A stretch of DNA of 63,611 bases, the filler included, from Reticulomyxa filosa (taxonomy: Eukaryota; Protista; Foraminifera), in NCBI GenBank assembly GCA_000512085.1. It is 12 parts of 12 records of this genome, joined end to end, with 100 filler letters (N's around TTAATTAATTAA, not from the genome) between each part and the next. Parts side by side here need not be neighbours in the genome. Positions count along the whole stretch, not along the records: positions 1 to 17,082 come from ASPP01001856.1; positions 17,183 to 35,073 come from ASPP01008933.1; 10 more parts are not named here. The stretch is one strand, 5' to 3'. The position numbers and the translations under genes were made by a program. Positions within the stretch are counted from its first letter, which is position 1. Each line of letters begins with the position of its first letter. Shown here piece after piece: positions 12,336 to 24,860 of this stretch. The notes below the pieces were generated by a model. The model was not told the DNA's origin and did not search any database. It saw nothing but the letters and a program-made list of their open reading frames with translations.

Positions 12336-14405
12336 TATATGTATATTATGTATGTTTACATGTATGTAGCAACAAAAAAAGAGGTAACAGAAACTCAACA
12401 ATGTATTAACAGAGGATGACAATGAAGAAAGTGGGACATCATTGGACACGGAAGGAAGTCATGGCGAGTTGCATGGCATCGACAATCGAGAAATGGATAT
12501 AATTGAACTGAACGACGACGACAATGGGAATGAAACAGGACACGACAATGACAACGATGACGATGACGATGACGATGACAATAACAATGACAATGACAAT
12601 GACAATGACAATGATAATAACAATAGGGAAGAAAGTCCAATGGAAGCAATGGATCACGGATTGGAACACAAGGAAACAGGTCCCAATGCGGCGGCGACGT
12701 CTGGGAAGTGGGAGTTCACGAGATCGGATACGAAAAGCACATACGACGATGAGTTTGACGAAAAGGAGTTGGACGAGTTCACGCGCCAATTAAGCGTGCA
12801 CAGCTTGAAGTTGCACAACACCGAGAGCATGCGTCGAATGGAAATGGAAGAGGCGGGAGAGATAATACAAGAAGACGTGGCGATAACTACACATAGTCGT
12901 ACTCACAGCCAAAGTCAAAGTCAAAGTAAAAGCAAAAGCCAAAGTTTTGCAAATGTGTTGAATGGATTGAATTTCGATCAAGATGATCACACCGACAATG
13001 AACACGATCATGATCATGATCATGATCACGATCGTGATGTAATTCGTCCCAACAATCTTGGACTTTCCTTGGAGCGTCCAAGCATTTCCAGTATGGACGA
13101 CCAAGACGTATCCCCGAGGCTCGACGACGAAAGTTTGCATAATATTTATCCAATATTCCCCATCGAAGAGTTTGCCATCATGCCGGATGAACGACTCGGA
13201 CGTGGAGCCAGTGGAGTGGTGGTCAAAGCGTTTCATCTTATTTCATGCAAAGTGGTTGCAATTAAAGTTATTTTTTTTTTAAATCCAATTTTATTTTTAT
13301 TTATTTTTTTTTTTTAAAAAAAAAAAAAAAAAAGGCGACACGGTCAACATTGAAAAGTATTCAAGAACAAACCAACCAAGAAATAAATGTATTGACGACG
13401 ATGAAAAACTCGAATTACATAATTGATATGATTCGCTTTGGTCGAGACCCCGAAAACAATGCGGTGAAAATTGCATTGGAATATATGGATGGCGGGTCCT
13501 TGAGAGACTACATTTGCAGTCACGCCGACACTCCTTGCTCTGAGACAGTGGTGCAATACGTAAGCCACAATATACTGCACGCGCTGAAGGAGTTGCATCA
13601 ACACAGCTTTGTGCACAATGACATCAAACCCGGCAATATCTTGTATAGTCTCTCTGGCGATGTCAAACTGAGCGACTTTGGCACCGTTCTCAAAATAGAA
13701 TCGCCACAGTCCAAACTGACTGTCAATTGCGGCACCACCAAGTACTTGGCTCCGGAAAAAGATCACGACTGTCAAGTTCGCTATGACACAAAGGCCGACA
13801 TCTGGTCCTTTGGACTTACCATCTATGAACTGTCCACGTCTTCGCTTATACACGATGACACACCCCCAAGTAGCTTGTGTTCCAATCCACCGCAATTGAA
13901 TCCTCTTTCGTTTTCCAAAGAGTGCTGTGATTTTGTTCGTAGTTGCCTCATCTCGGTATATACATATATATATATATATATATATGTATATAATACATTA
14001 TCTATTTACAAAACTTTATATTAAAAGAATCCGGATGAACGACCAACTGCAGAAGAACTTTTGCAACATCCATTTTTGCGAAATGTCAACGATCACTCGA
14101 AAATTCCGATGGGCACAGTTGCACCCAAAATAACAGACTTGAAATTCATGGTCTATGCTTTGATCGAGTATTACGCCAAACAAATCCCCATCCCAATCAA
14201 CTCCAATGTCAGAAACAGCCTGGACAAGAAACGAAAATCCAAAGAATTGTCCTTGTCTGCGCCTTATTCGCCCAAAGACAAAGACGAAGATATGCAAAAA
14301 CTTGTCAACATGGCCAACTACTGCAACTGCGCTTGGGAGGCCGTTCAAGACAGAATTGTTTACGTCGCTACTAAAATTTCCAATAAAATGAGCAAGCATT
14401 ACTAG
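9287..14405 (+). CDS. MAP kinase kinase (STE7-like) Ser/Thr kinase with a very long low-complexity N-terminus
   Basis: LGRGASGVV, VAIK, IALEYMDGGSL, HNDIKPGNIL, VKLSDFG, GTTKYLAPE, ADIWSFG, PDERPTAEELLQHPF. Introns 13267-13334 and 13956-14027 verified in frame; upstream exon structure is approximate. Confidence 0.85.
9909..9975 (+). repeat. Coding 12-bp tandem repeat (AATACCAATATC)n encoding NTNI
   Basis: Seen directly in a kinase N-terminal exon. Confidence 0.85.
10768..10875 (+). repeat. Coding (GAYAAT)n repeat encoding poly-DN
   Basis: Seen directly. Confidence 0.9.
11248..11325 (+). repeat. Coding (AAT)n microsatellite encoding poly-Asn
   Basis: Seen directly. Confidence 0.9.
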
Positions 14406-15567
14406 ACGCAAAAACTAATACATTTGTGAATGTGATCTGATTTTTGGTTGTTTTAATTGTTGTTTTTTTTTTTTTTTTCTTCCAATATTATGTCTAAGGG
14501 TGGAATGTATGACAACACTGTTGTTCATTGTTTAAACACAAAAAAAAAAAACAATAACAGCAAGATAGAGACATTATTTTGTTTGGTTTGTTTTCGCTTT
14601 TTTTTTTCTATCACAATTCTTAAAAGAATAATTCATTCATCTTCAACGTGCAAATCAGAAAGTTTGTAATTATGCGATACAATGCAATGTCTTTTTTTAG
14701 CATTTTCATTTCTGTTATAATCTTTTTGCGAGGCACTTTTGATTTCAATAAGAAAAGGCACAAGACAGTCCATAGGGCAAATCCCTACTGTATGTAGCAA
14801 AGTTCCAAGGAACTGTGGAGCCCCGTGAATTGAAATCTTTCTTCAAAATAGCACTTGCTCTTTCTTGTTTTTGTTACTTTATCTTTTGTGAAGTTATCGT
14901 CATTTAATGCACTTTTGTTTGCTGAAAGTTTATCTTCAGAACAAGTTCCTTTCGTATTACACTCAGTTGCTTACACTGTTCTTAGAGCAACAGAAAACTA
15001 ACTTTATTGAAAAATTTAGTAAGCTATGAAAAACTAAAAATTAAACTGGCACATGAAATCTATTTTCTCTGGGAAACAAGCATTTAGTGTACAAATGCTT
15101 GCACTTTTAAATGAAATTGGTTTTTCAATAACCTTTTTGGACGGGATGAAAACGATATTTTCTAAAATTTTATATTTACAGAAAAAGTGGTATTAATTAC
15201 TGCAATTAAAAGAATTTACAGGAGATTTCTGCAGAATATTTAGCAGATTCGTAGCTTTTGCTCCATTACAACGCAGTGGAGAAACGCGTTAAACAACGTT
15301 AGTTAAAAGGAGAAACTTTCTCGCGCTATTAAAAAAAACCTTTGAGTCTTCTTTTCATTTTCTGGAAACAAATCTTATGACAACACCAACATCAGAAAAT
15401 TTCCCTTCATCTCCCTCTTTATCCGCTCGAGCTTCACGAGTGATAGAGGATGGTGTTTGTAACTGTGATTGTATGTTGCGTGTGAACCAAAGATCAAAGT
15501 TAATTAAACTAAAAAACAAAAGAGAGAAAAAAAATTATTCAAGCTTTTTCGCACGATAACGTGCAAA

Positions 15568-17082
15568 ATGTTGTCATATAGAGCGCTGAATGATATTTTT
15601 CAACGTGGATTTTATCGTATCGGATTCTTTGTAGGTCGGTATCCTTACTTGTGGCTAATCGCTGTGGTAGCGGTTTGCATTGCTTTAATGATCGGATTTG
15701 TAAATTTTGACATTATAACAGACGTCTTTGATTTGTGGACACCTAAATCCTCTCCGTTAAGAAAAGCGCATGCAGAAAAATGTGTTCACAACTATTTTTT
15801 CACTCGCACCCTTGCTACTTGCAAACACAGCTTTATTATTTTTTTTATACGTATTGAAATTATCAAAAAAATGGGGACTTAAAAAAAAAAGGACCAACAT
15901 TTTTTATAAAAACTTCAAAGCTGGACTTTAAAAAAAAAGATACAAGTGAAAGGGATAGAGGTGAGATGAGGAGAGTGGGATTAATTAGGTGGAAATGAGA
16001 AACAAGGAAAATTTTTAAAAGCGACTAAAAAAAAAAAAAAAAAAACAAAAATCATAAAAACTCAATAGATACAATGATGAAAAAACTTTTTATAACGACC
16101 AATGGTACGATCATGACACATATTTGCTTGCTTTGGCTTGTCGACATAAAGATGGATACGAAGATATATTGGAATCGAAATATATTGCAGAGTATTTCAA
16201 TTTTCACATGGATTTAGTGATACAATCCCCGAAAAAAAATTACACTTATACTGCGCACGATGGAAAAAAGACAGAATTCGTCTTTTCCTTTTTTGGAGGT
16301 GCCTTAAAAAAAAAAAACACGTTGCAAAAACAAACAAAAATAAAATTAAAACCTACGACATTACAAAAAAACACGTATACAAATTCCTCCCTTTTTAAAA
16401 AATTTCCCCCTCTCAAATTCAAACTTTCCAATTTTGTTTTGTATGATAAGTGTACGTACAATTTTGTTTTTGATGTGGTCACGTACACAAACATATTTTG
16501 TTCTGCAACACGAACAGAGCATTGGAAGGAACCACAACCCCTGGCATCACTAAGAGCACTTGGAAAGAACGGCTCAATAGTGCAAGGCTATCCGATGGAA
16601 ATATTGCCATGTTAGTGTTTATATCGTTTATTTTTAAAAAAAAACAAAACAAATAAAAACAACGGGGCCTAAGAGAAGAGAAAATAATCAAAAAAAATGC
16701 TAGGTTGATTACAAATGCATATTGCTATTCTCTCTGCCTCATAACTTGTTTGATGATGAGATGTGAGAAAAAATAAATCAATACAACTGACATAACAAAC
16801 AAAATAGTATGCAACCCGTGGGTTAACTCTCCTTTGGAAGCTCAATTCGAATTGTCGTGTTATTCTCTCGATATATTCCACTGTTTTGCGGAAGGAGGAT
16901 ATATGTTTCCTTTTGAGAATTATTTGGCCAAGACATTTTTCACAAACTTAATTACAGCCAATCCATATGTGGTACGTAGGTTGTGTTCATCCTTTGTTTG
17001 TTTGAACAAAGGAAAAAAGATTTGGGTTGTGTTGGAAGATCTGTCGAAAGTTGAGCTCGGTACAATATTGGGACCATCATGT
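15568..17082 (+). CDS. Patched/NPC1 (PTCHD-like) family membrane protein, 5' part, truncated by contig end
   Basis: FQRGFYRIGFFVGRYPYLWLIAVVAVCIALMIGF...TDVFDLWTPKSS matches the first TM helix and LWxPxxS motif of the Patched family. Further exons continue to the contig end. Confidence 0.65.
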
Positions 17083-17182
17083 NNNNNNNNNNNNNNNNNN
17101 NNNNNNNNNNNNNNNNNNNNNNNNNNTTAATTAATTAANNNNNNNNNNNNNNNNNNNNNNNNNNNNNNNNNNNNNNNNNNNN
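17083..17182. other. Artificial contig linker
   Basis: N44-TTAATTAATTAA-N44, with stops in all six frames. Confidence 0.98.
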
Positions 17183-18028
17183 TTTTGCTTTTGCTTTTGC
17201 TTTTAATTTTTTATGTTTCATTGTTGATGTTGATTTCGATTTGAATTTGGATTTGGATTTAGACTTTGGTTTGGATTTAGACTTTGATTTGGATTTGAAT
17301 TTATGCTTAGTCAATGGCAAGTCCATATTGTGCTGAATGACGTCAACAGACGAAGTGGCCTTTCTTGAGTCGGCCATTAATTGGAATAATCCAAAGTAAT
17401 TTAAAAACAGCCCACAAAACAAAGACAGCCATTGGAAGGCGGTGGCGTTTTCAAACTCTTGAAAATACAGCCCCCCTCCAATGGTGCTGAATGTGATCCA
17501 CATCACTTGATGCATTGGGACAATGAACACTGCTTCGTATTGTAGCAAAGCTTCCGATTGTCGATGCATCCAATAAGCCTTTCATTTCATTTATTTTATT
17601 TTATTTCATTTTCAAAATAAATAAATAGATAAATAAATTAAAAAAAAATAAAAAAAAATAAAAAAAAAAATGGACAAACAATCAAGATCACGAAACATAA
17701 GTGACGAGCCAAGCAAATGCACAAACAATGACAAATAAGAGTTGAGACAACGAAAACGGATGAAACCAAAAGATTTGATCGGACAGTGATTTGCGAATGA
17801 TAATGGCCAACGTCTTGCCAAGCACAACCGATTGTGTCCCCGGCATCGCGCTACAAATACAATAAAAGATGCCGCTGACCCATCCCTTATGCTTTACTTT
17901 CATTCCCCTTTGCGACTCACGTGTAGGCAAGCATTCGATGTATTGCCACAACTTGCAAATTTCATTTACACATATACACAACACATACATGCGTGCAAAA
18001 TTGTTAAGTCTTTATTTTTTAGAAATTG

Positions 18029-18060
<32 letters not shown>

Positions 18061-18765
18061 GAAACGATGGAAAAACAAAAAATAGCGATGACAATAATCA
18101 AATATGATCGATACATTGAACGATTGAAATTATCAAACAACGCAATGATTGTCAATCGCCCGCTATCACTATTGGGCGAGAACCCAAACACCAATACCAA
18201 ACATCCACTTATCACCGCGAATGTTCCTAGTATGTGTTTCCAATCGATTCGAGTCTTATAAAACAATGCACTACATATCAAACTTTATCAAACATCAAAT
18301 ACATATACATATATGTTGCATCTTCTTCTTTTTTTTTTTGCCTTAGAAAAATATACTCTCTATAACTTGATTACAAATTGAATGGATGCAATCGACGCAA
18401 GCAATGTTTGCGGAGCAAATGCCATCGCGTATGCGTTCGAAATTGAACCCGTACAAATACAACACTGACCGAACAATGACCATACCCATTTCACATCCCA
18501 TTGCATACATACGCTTCGCGTTCTGTAATGCACTAACTTTGTTGAACTTTTCGTATCTTGTCCAAACACTTTAAAGTGTTGTCCTTTTTTTTTGTGTGTG
18601 TGTTCCACTCATTTGCTTTGCTTCCTCAGTAACTTCAGCCACTTTTCGAAGGAGTTTATATTTAGTGTCATATTTTTTATTCAAGCCAAATACAAACCAA
18701 TTACCCAAGTTAACAACCGTATTTCCGACTAAGCTGAATAATACACCTTTGTAATATTCGTCCAT
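17183..18765 (-). CDS. NIPA-family magnesium transporter, multi-exon, 3' end truncated
   Basis: GVLFSLVGNTVVNLG; YAMAFAPQTLLASIASIQFV; EALLQYEAVFIVPMHQVMWITFSTIGGGLYFQEF. Confidence 0.85.
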
Positions 18766-19092
18766 TTGAGCAAGCAAAAATTTGAAAAAAAAAAAGGGAT
18801 TCTTTGTTCGTCTTGTAGTACCACAACCTTAGACTTGTTTTTATTTTTATTTGGCTACTCTTCAAAAAAAAAAACAATTCTGACTTTAATTGTGCCCACA
18901 ATAACATTTTCACACAATTCTCTTTGACCTGTGCTAAAATCGTGTAGCAAGGCGATCACTTTCCAAAAAAGACTATTTACGAATTTTTTTCAAGTTTCTA
19001 AGGCCTAGCATTACCCCCTTTTTTTTTCTCCCCTCTCCAAAAGCCCTTTTGTGATAAAGTGATAACTTTGTCATTATAAATAATTTGGAAAC

Positions 19093-22007
19093 ATGGCACC
19101 AAAAAAAAAACTGTTTTTAAAATTTGGTTTGTTAACTGCCGAACCAAGAAACGCGATCTACCTGGACCACGTGTTGAAAGGGTGGGCAGGGCGAATAGAG
19201 ACAATCGACAAGCCATTTGGAGAGATATTCAAGATGGAATATTCGATACCCAAAAAATTTGTGGACGAGGATAAAGAATCGAACAGTAGATATAACTACG
19301 ATGCAGGCACAGTAACATTAGTAATCTATGAATTCAAAGATAAGCAACAATTATTGAGCAACGTGCAAGTGTTGGCTGCACTGGACTTTATGATTATTGT
19401 TGTTGATAATCTAATTCCATCCCATAGTCTTGACCAAAGCGCTATTGATTCAGAGTTTCTTGCTTCAAGCCAATCCATTTTTTTATTTTATTACCTTTGT
19501 GTTTTCCCCTTTTTCCTTCTTCTTTCAAATGGACACCTTGCAATTGAACATTATGACCATTTGAAACATATGCCCTCCCTCTGTCCTTGTGTTATGTCTT
19601 ATTGAAACAAAAGATACGGTATAGGAATTTTACAAGCCTTGGTCGAGGAAGGGTTAAGAAAAAAAATCAACTGCCAACAAATTTTCCAATCCAAACTCCT
19701 CTTTCTCGCTGATATCACCTCCATCCGAAACAACGACAAAACACCGAAAGCCGGACATGAACTCATTCAAAATGTTTAAAAAAAAATTTATTTTTTTTAA
19801 TCGTCTTCCCCCCCCCTCTCGTAACGTAAAAAAAAAACTAAACGTATACGTTTAACTTTTTTTAATTTAAAAAAACATGTAAAACAAACTCCCAAAAAAA
19901 AGTTCATGAAAAGTTCAAAATACGGATGGAAGAACTTCAAAAAAAGTATCATGCGTTTCAGTTATACAAAAAAAAAATTAAACTACTTTTTGTTTGAACA
20001 TTTTCAAAAAAAAAAAGATAAAACTTTTTTTTTTTTTTAAAAAAAAGAAACTTGCTATTTACAAACTCGTGGCTGCAAAAGTTTTATCGTGGTGATGATA
20101 AGAACATAGTCGAGGTGAGTGGATGGCACATGCCATTGTGCGAAGAGATATTCAATCGCTTGTGCGATTACAGCGGCAATGTGTATTTAGTGAAGGCCTT
20201 GCAATTGTGGTGCTTTGGCTACGTTCATCAATTCCGACAGCCGAAAATAGGGCTGAAGTACGAGACAAGAATGCAAATGGATCACTTGGTTCCCATCATC
20301 GAAAATGGCGTACAGCCACAAGAGAAGCGCAAAAGCAACAGTCACAGCGGGCCGACGAACACATTGACGAGGTTCAATTCGAACCATCATCGACCACGCT
20401 GCATTTTAAAAAAGCACCCGCGTCTATGCGAAAAGCGAAAAAGTCGGTGAGATGGGCAGATTCCGAAAAAAAAAAAGAATTTTTACAAATTCGCCAAATC
20501 CCCAAAATCGGGGTTTGGAAAGTGTGTAGAGATACCAAAAAGTCAAAGCCTTTGCACACAGAACAAGATTTGAAACAATATGCTTCTTTCCTACGTCAAA
20601 AAGCTGGTATTTTATTGTCTCTGTCACAACATTTCTTTTTTTTTTTAGTATTGTATTATGTTGTATTGTATTGTAACTGTTTATATAAAACAAGACATGA
20701 AAGAATTGCGACGAAGTGAAGAAAAAAGTTTAATCGGCAAAATGGATGTCGCAAAAGCATCTTCTCCATCTCATAACATTCCAATCAAATCAATCAACAA
20801 ACAGCTTACAACTACCCCTGTTGCTGCCACAAAGTCAATAGCAAGAGCTACAAAGCCCGTGACAACAGCTATTGCAACAACAGCAATAGCAACAGCAACA
20901 GCAACAGCAGCTACAGCCACAAGCACAACGTCGAATGCTAAAAAAGATACAAAGGGACTTATTCACAGTAAAAACGCAACCAAAGCGACGACGACAACGA
21001 CGACAATGACGAAGAAAAAGCGGAAAGAGGAGGACGATGACGAGGACGAGAAAAAGCAAGAAGAAGCAGAGGATGGAGAAGAGGAAGAGGACGAAATGAA
21101 GTACAACGATCACGAAAGCGAAAGTGACAGTGAAAACGAAAGCGAAAATGAAAATGAAAATGAGTTAAATAGCGACGATAGCGACGGAGGAGAAGAGGAG
21201 GAACACGGAGCGGAGGACGAAGACGAAGACGAAGACGAAGTCGAGGTCGAAGTCGAAGAAGAAGAAGAAGAAGAAGAAGCTGAAGAGGAAGACGAGGAAG
21301 AGGATGAGGACGAAGACGACAACGAGAATGAGGACGAAGAAGAGAACGAGGAAGAAAACAACAACAGCGACGAGGAAGTCGAGGAGGAAGAAGCAGAAGC
21401 AGAAGAAGAGGAAAAGGAAGATGAGGAAGAAATAGCCTTTGATGAAGAACTCACACTCGATAACTTGGATATCAATATAGACCAAGATATACATGAGCAT
21501 GATCATCAGGACTTTGAGCATGATCATCAGGACTTTGACCATGACTTTGATCGTGAGTTTGGTCGTGATCACGGCAATGGAAATTATCATGATAATGATA
21601 GGGAAAAAAATGATGATGAGAAAAGCAATGGCGAAAAAGATAGCAATGAAAAATATAGCAAAAAAAAGATCAGTCTTGATCATGGAAGTAAAAAAGGCAA
21701 AGAAATGGAAAAGGAAAAAGATAGAAAGAAAACCAACGAACCAAAAAAGAAAGATAGTGATGAAAATCGCTATCATGAAACGCAATCAAACATTGCCAAA
21801 AAAAATGTTAGTGACTTTGGTGAGTACATTCTGCTACAAAACAAATTACGTGAACTTCAAATTTTAAAGCAAGAGATTGAAATGAAACGAGAAAAGTTAC
21901 AAACTACCAAAACCACTGTCAAAGATTACATGAAAGCCAATTATCTTAGACTTCTCCAAGAACAATTGCAAATACAACCAATGCACGCTGATCATGTTTT
22001 AGGATAG
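19093..22007 (+). CDS. Hypothetical multi-exon protein with a PP1-docking motif and a long Glu/Asp-rich tract
   Basis: Exons run from ATG 19093 to stop 22007. RCILKK and KKSVRWAD are joined by an A-run frameshift near 20408-20413. Acidic tract at ~21030-21450. Confidence 0.6.
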
Positions 22008-22687
22008 AATCTGCCATCCATTTTTTTTTGTTGTTTAGTATTTTTTCTATAAAAAAAAAATAATAAAAGTACTCCAACATACCTTGTATGTTCGTTTATA
22101 ATGTTAATCCTTATTTAGTTGTTTATTTTGGTTGATTGGTTTTTTTTCTCTTCTTTGTTTTTATTTTATTCTATTTCTTTTTACTTTTTTTTTTTTTTTT
22201 TCTTATTTTTTTTGTGGATTTGATTTCACTTAAAACAATAAATACACGTGAAAACATTTCCCTCTATCAATTGCGGTTATTTGTGTTTTCTTTTTTTTTT
22301 TTTGATATTTCATCACTGTATGTTTTTTCTTTTTTAATTTTGCTGGTGATTGGTCGTTTTTCCTGCTGGGTTCAATTTCTTGTCAATTCTGAGCAATTTA
22401 CACTTGCAAAATAATGACATTTACACCTTCATTCGGTAGGTTTCTGTGCCTACACTTCTTCACATCTGAGAGTATTAATTAATAAATGATGAAGATGATA
22501 CGTCCATTGGACTAATTTAGCTTTTTTGTATTCATATCTTAAATGTTTAATGTTGTAACTTCTTTTTACTTGAATTTCTCGAATATAAATTGTATGTTTT
22601 TTTACAACCATCAAAGTGATACTAAATAAGAAAATTACTCAGTCACCTTCAGGTCCATTCATTGAATAACAGTTTTTGATATTGAAA

Positions 22688-22797
22688 AAATGGTTAGTGT
22701 TTAAGGTGAATTCTAATATTGACAGCACATGGAGAATTATTTATCGGCCTGATCAGCAACAAGTCTCTTTGTGTAATGTTAAAATTTGAAAAGAATT
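22688..22797 (+). repeat. Degenerate direct repeat, copy 1
   Basis: aaatggttagtgtttaaggtgaattctaatattgaca...gtgtaatgttaaaattt aligns with 31025-31105. Confidence 0.65.
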
Positions 22798-23714
22798 GAA
22801 ATTGCAGAAAATTTAAAAAATATCAAAGCAAAAATCAAAATGTGCAATATGAAAACACAAGCTGCATGTGCGCACTAGTGTTACCAAGAGTATTGCATGC
22901 CCATGATCAAATACTTCTGTTCAATTGATCTACAATACTTTCAAAAAAGGTTTTTATAGTGACTCCGTTTCTGTATTAATAATGCAAAACTTTGAATATT
23001 CGAGCCAATGTTTCAGTGTCCAGTTTTCAAAGTCTTCCGGTTTCCAACGATTGGTTTGTTCTTTTCTTTTATTAAATCATTGGATGATCTAAGTTCTACA
23101 TTGCCGGATGAGACTATTCTTTCAGAGTTATCTATTTCTGCAGATGCTGGTTCTTCTTCACTTTTATTAGGCTTATTTGGATTAGTTTGTTCACCAGGCA
23201 ATGCTGCAGTATTTGTTTTAACTTTTTATACATTCTCTTTATTTGTTATTTCATCACTCATGCTTGCATTCTATTTAATGTAGCTAGAGAAAACAATAAC
23301 AAACACAAATTATTTAAATTTGCCTAATAAAAAAAGACAACAATAGCTTGAGCAAGTTTTGCTAGTCAATTTTGAGATCACACAAATATTTTAAAAAGTG
23401 TTTGGATAAATAGAAATAAAAACAAAACAGTTGCTTGTAATTGCACATTAATATCTACTTTCAAAGGCGCTTGCATCAATGAAGCACGAATGAAATAATT
23501 CAATCATTTCAATGACAATCTCGCTTGACGACGAAATCAGTTCACTTCCGCTATACCACTCAAATCTTGCGCTTGCACAATCAAAGATGTGTCACTAGTG
23601 GATACGATAATGGTGATTGTAGAATTATGCGTGTTATATGCTGACGCTGTTTTGGATAAATTGTCCTTAATCTTTACACCTTTTGCTTCAATCAATGTTA
23701 CGTTTGCTGTTTTT

Positions 23715-24860
23715 GTTGTTCAGATATATAGATCGCCACAGGAGAAGGACCAAACAATAATGCGCCACGTGGAGATTATTGCAGGAAGTTGAAGAAAGAG
23801 GAAGGCGTTCACACCGGTGAATGCTTGTCTATCATTCACTTGAACTGGTATGTGGACATATTTGACTTGTTCGTACATGTCAACGATAACAGTGACCACC
23901 TTCATTGTGCCAGTAGACAAACTAGTCGATATATGAGTTTTGTGAGTTGTGTCGTCACAGTACACAGTCGGCCATTGGTTCGAATGGATTGGTTGTGTAT
24001 TGGATGGTATTGAATGAAAAATAGTGAGCCATTGACTCCTATTGTCGTTGCATCCATTTTTGCAATACAAGGTAAATATTGCGTTTATGATATTTTCTTT
24101 TAATGACGAGATTGAACGTGTGGATTTGATTTTGTATCATTGATTGGAGGATTGTTTGTTTGGAATGAAATTGGTTTGCTTTCTAAATGTGGCAACGATT
24201 GTTCAATCGTATCTCGGTACGACGCCTTGGAGGCAACGTTCAATCTGTAAACATGCTCAGAGACTGCGACAATTGAGACGTTGAGTTACAAATATCGATG
24301 GCGTATTTGCTTGATTGGATATAACATGTATTCGAGTTTGAAGGCAAAAATACCAATAACAGGAACAACTGCGTAATACGTGCTCGGATTTGCCAGTAAA
24401 CTTTGGCGTTCGAGAATAGACAGGAGCCATGGAACTGGACGGTATGACTGTTGTCATTATAACCATATTGGTTTTTTGCGAGGTTGCAATCGGCTTCAAG
24501 ATAAGTTTGTATATTGGACGCAAAGTCGGAGTGGCATTCTGGGCTGACGTTGGAAACATATTGTCAATGTTTTGCGTAACGTAAAGTAGCTCAAGTAGAT
24601 AGGTCGCAATACATGTGTTACTGTTGGCGTCGCAACAAAGTGTGCAAACCAATGGATTTACTGCTTGTAACACTGACAATGGCATCATTTTCGTTATATG
24701 CGTTCAATCCAATTGCTGGTCCATTGCTGCTCCACTTCTTGCCCAACAATCCATTTGAGACGTCTTTAGTATCCTCGAATCGCATAGATATCTATGTTTC
24801 ACAAGAAAGTAAATCATAACGTGATCCCGAATTGAGACAATACATTGCTGTGATTAAGTT
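23715..24860 (-). pseudogene. Degenerate gene relic, copy A (paralog of 26885-27750)
   Basis: Collinear DNA blocks shared with copy B (ttggaggattgtttgtttg; ggtacgacgcYttggagg; cacagtacaca; taacgtgat...gaattga). Many stops and frameshifts. PRGALLFGP at 23772-23746. Confidence 0.55.

Noticed and set aside
9461-13236. Long antisense and alternate-frame ORFs (poly-I, poly-L, SLSL, HCHY)
   Set aside because: Shadows of microsatellite-coded low-complexity exons on the plus strand; the same applies at 20835-21867 and 46943-48011.
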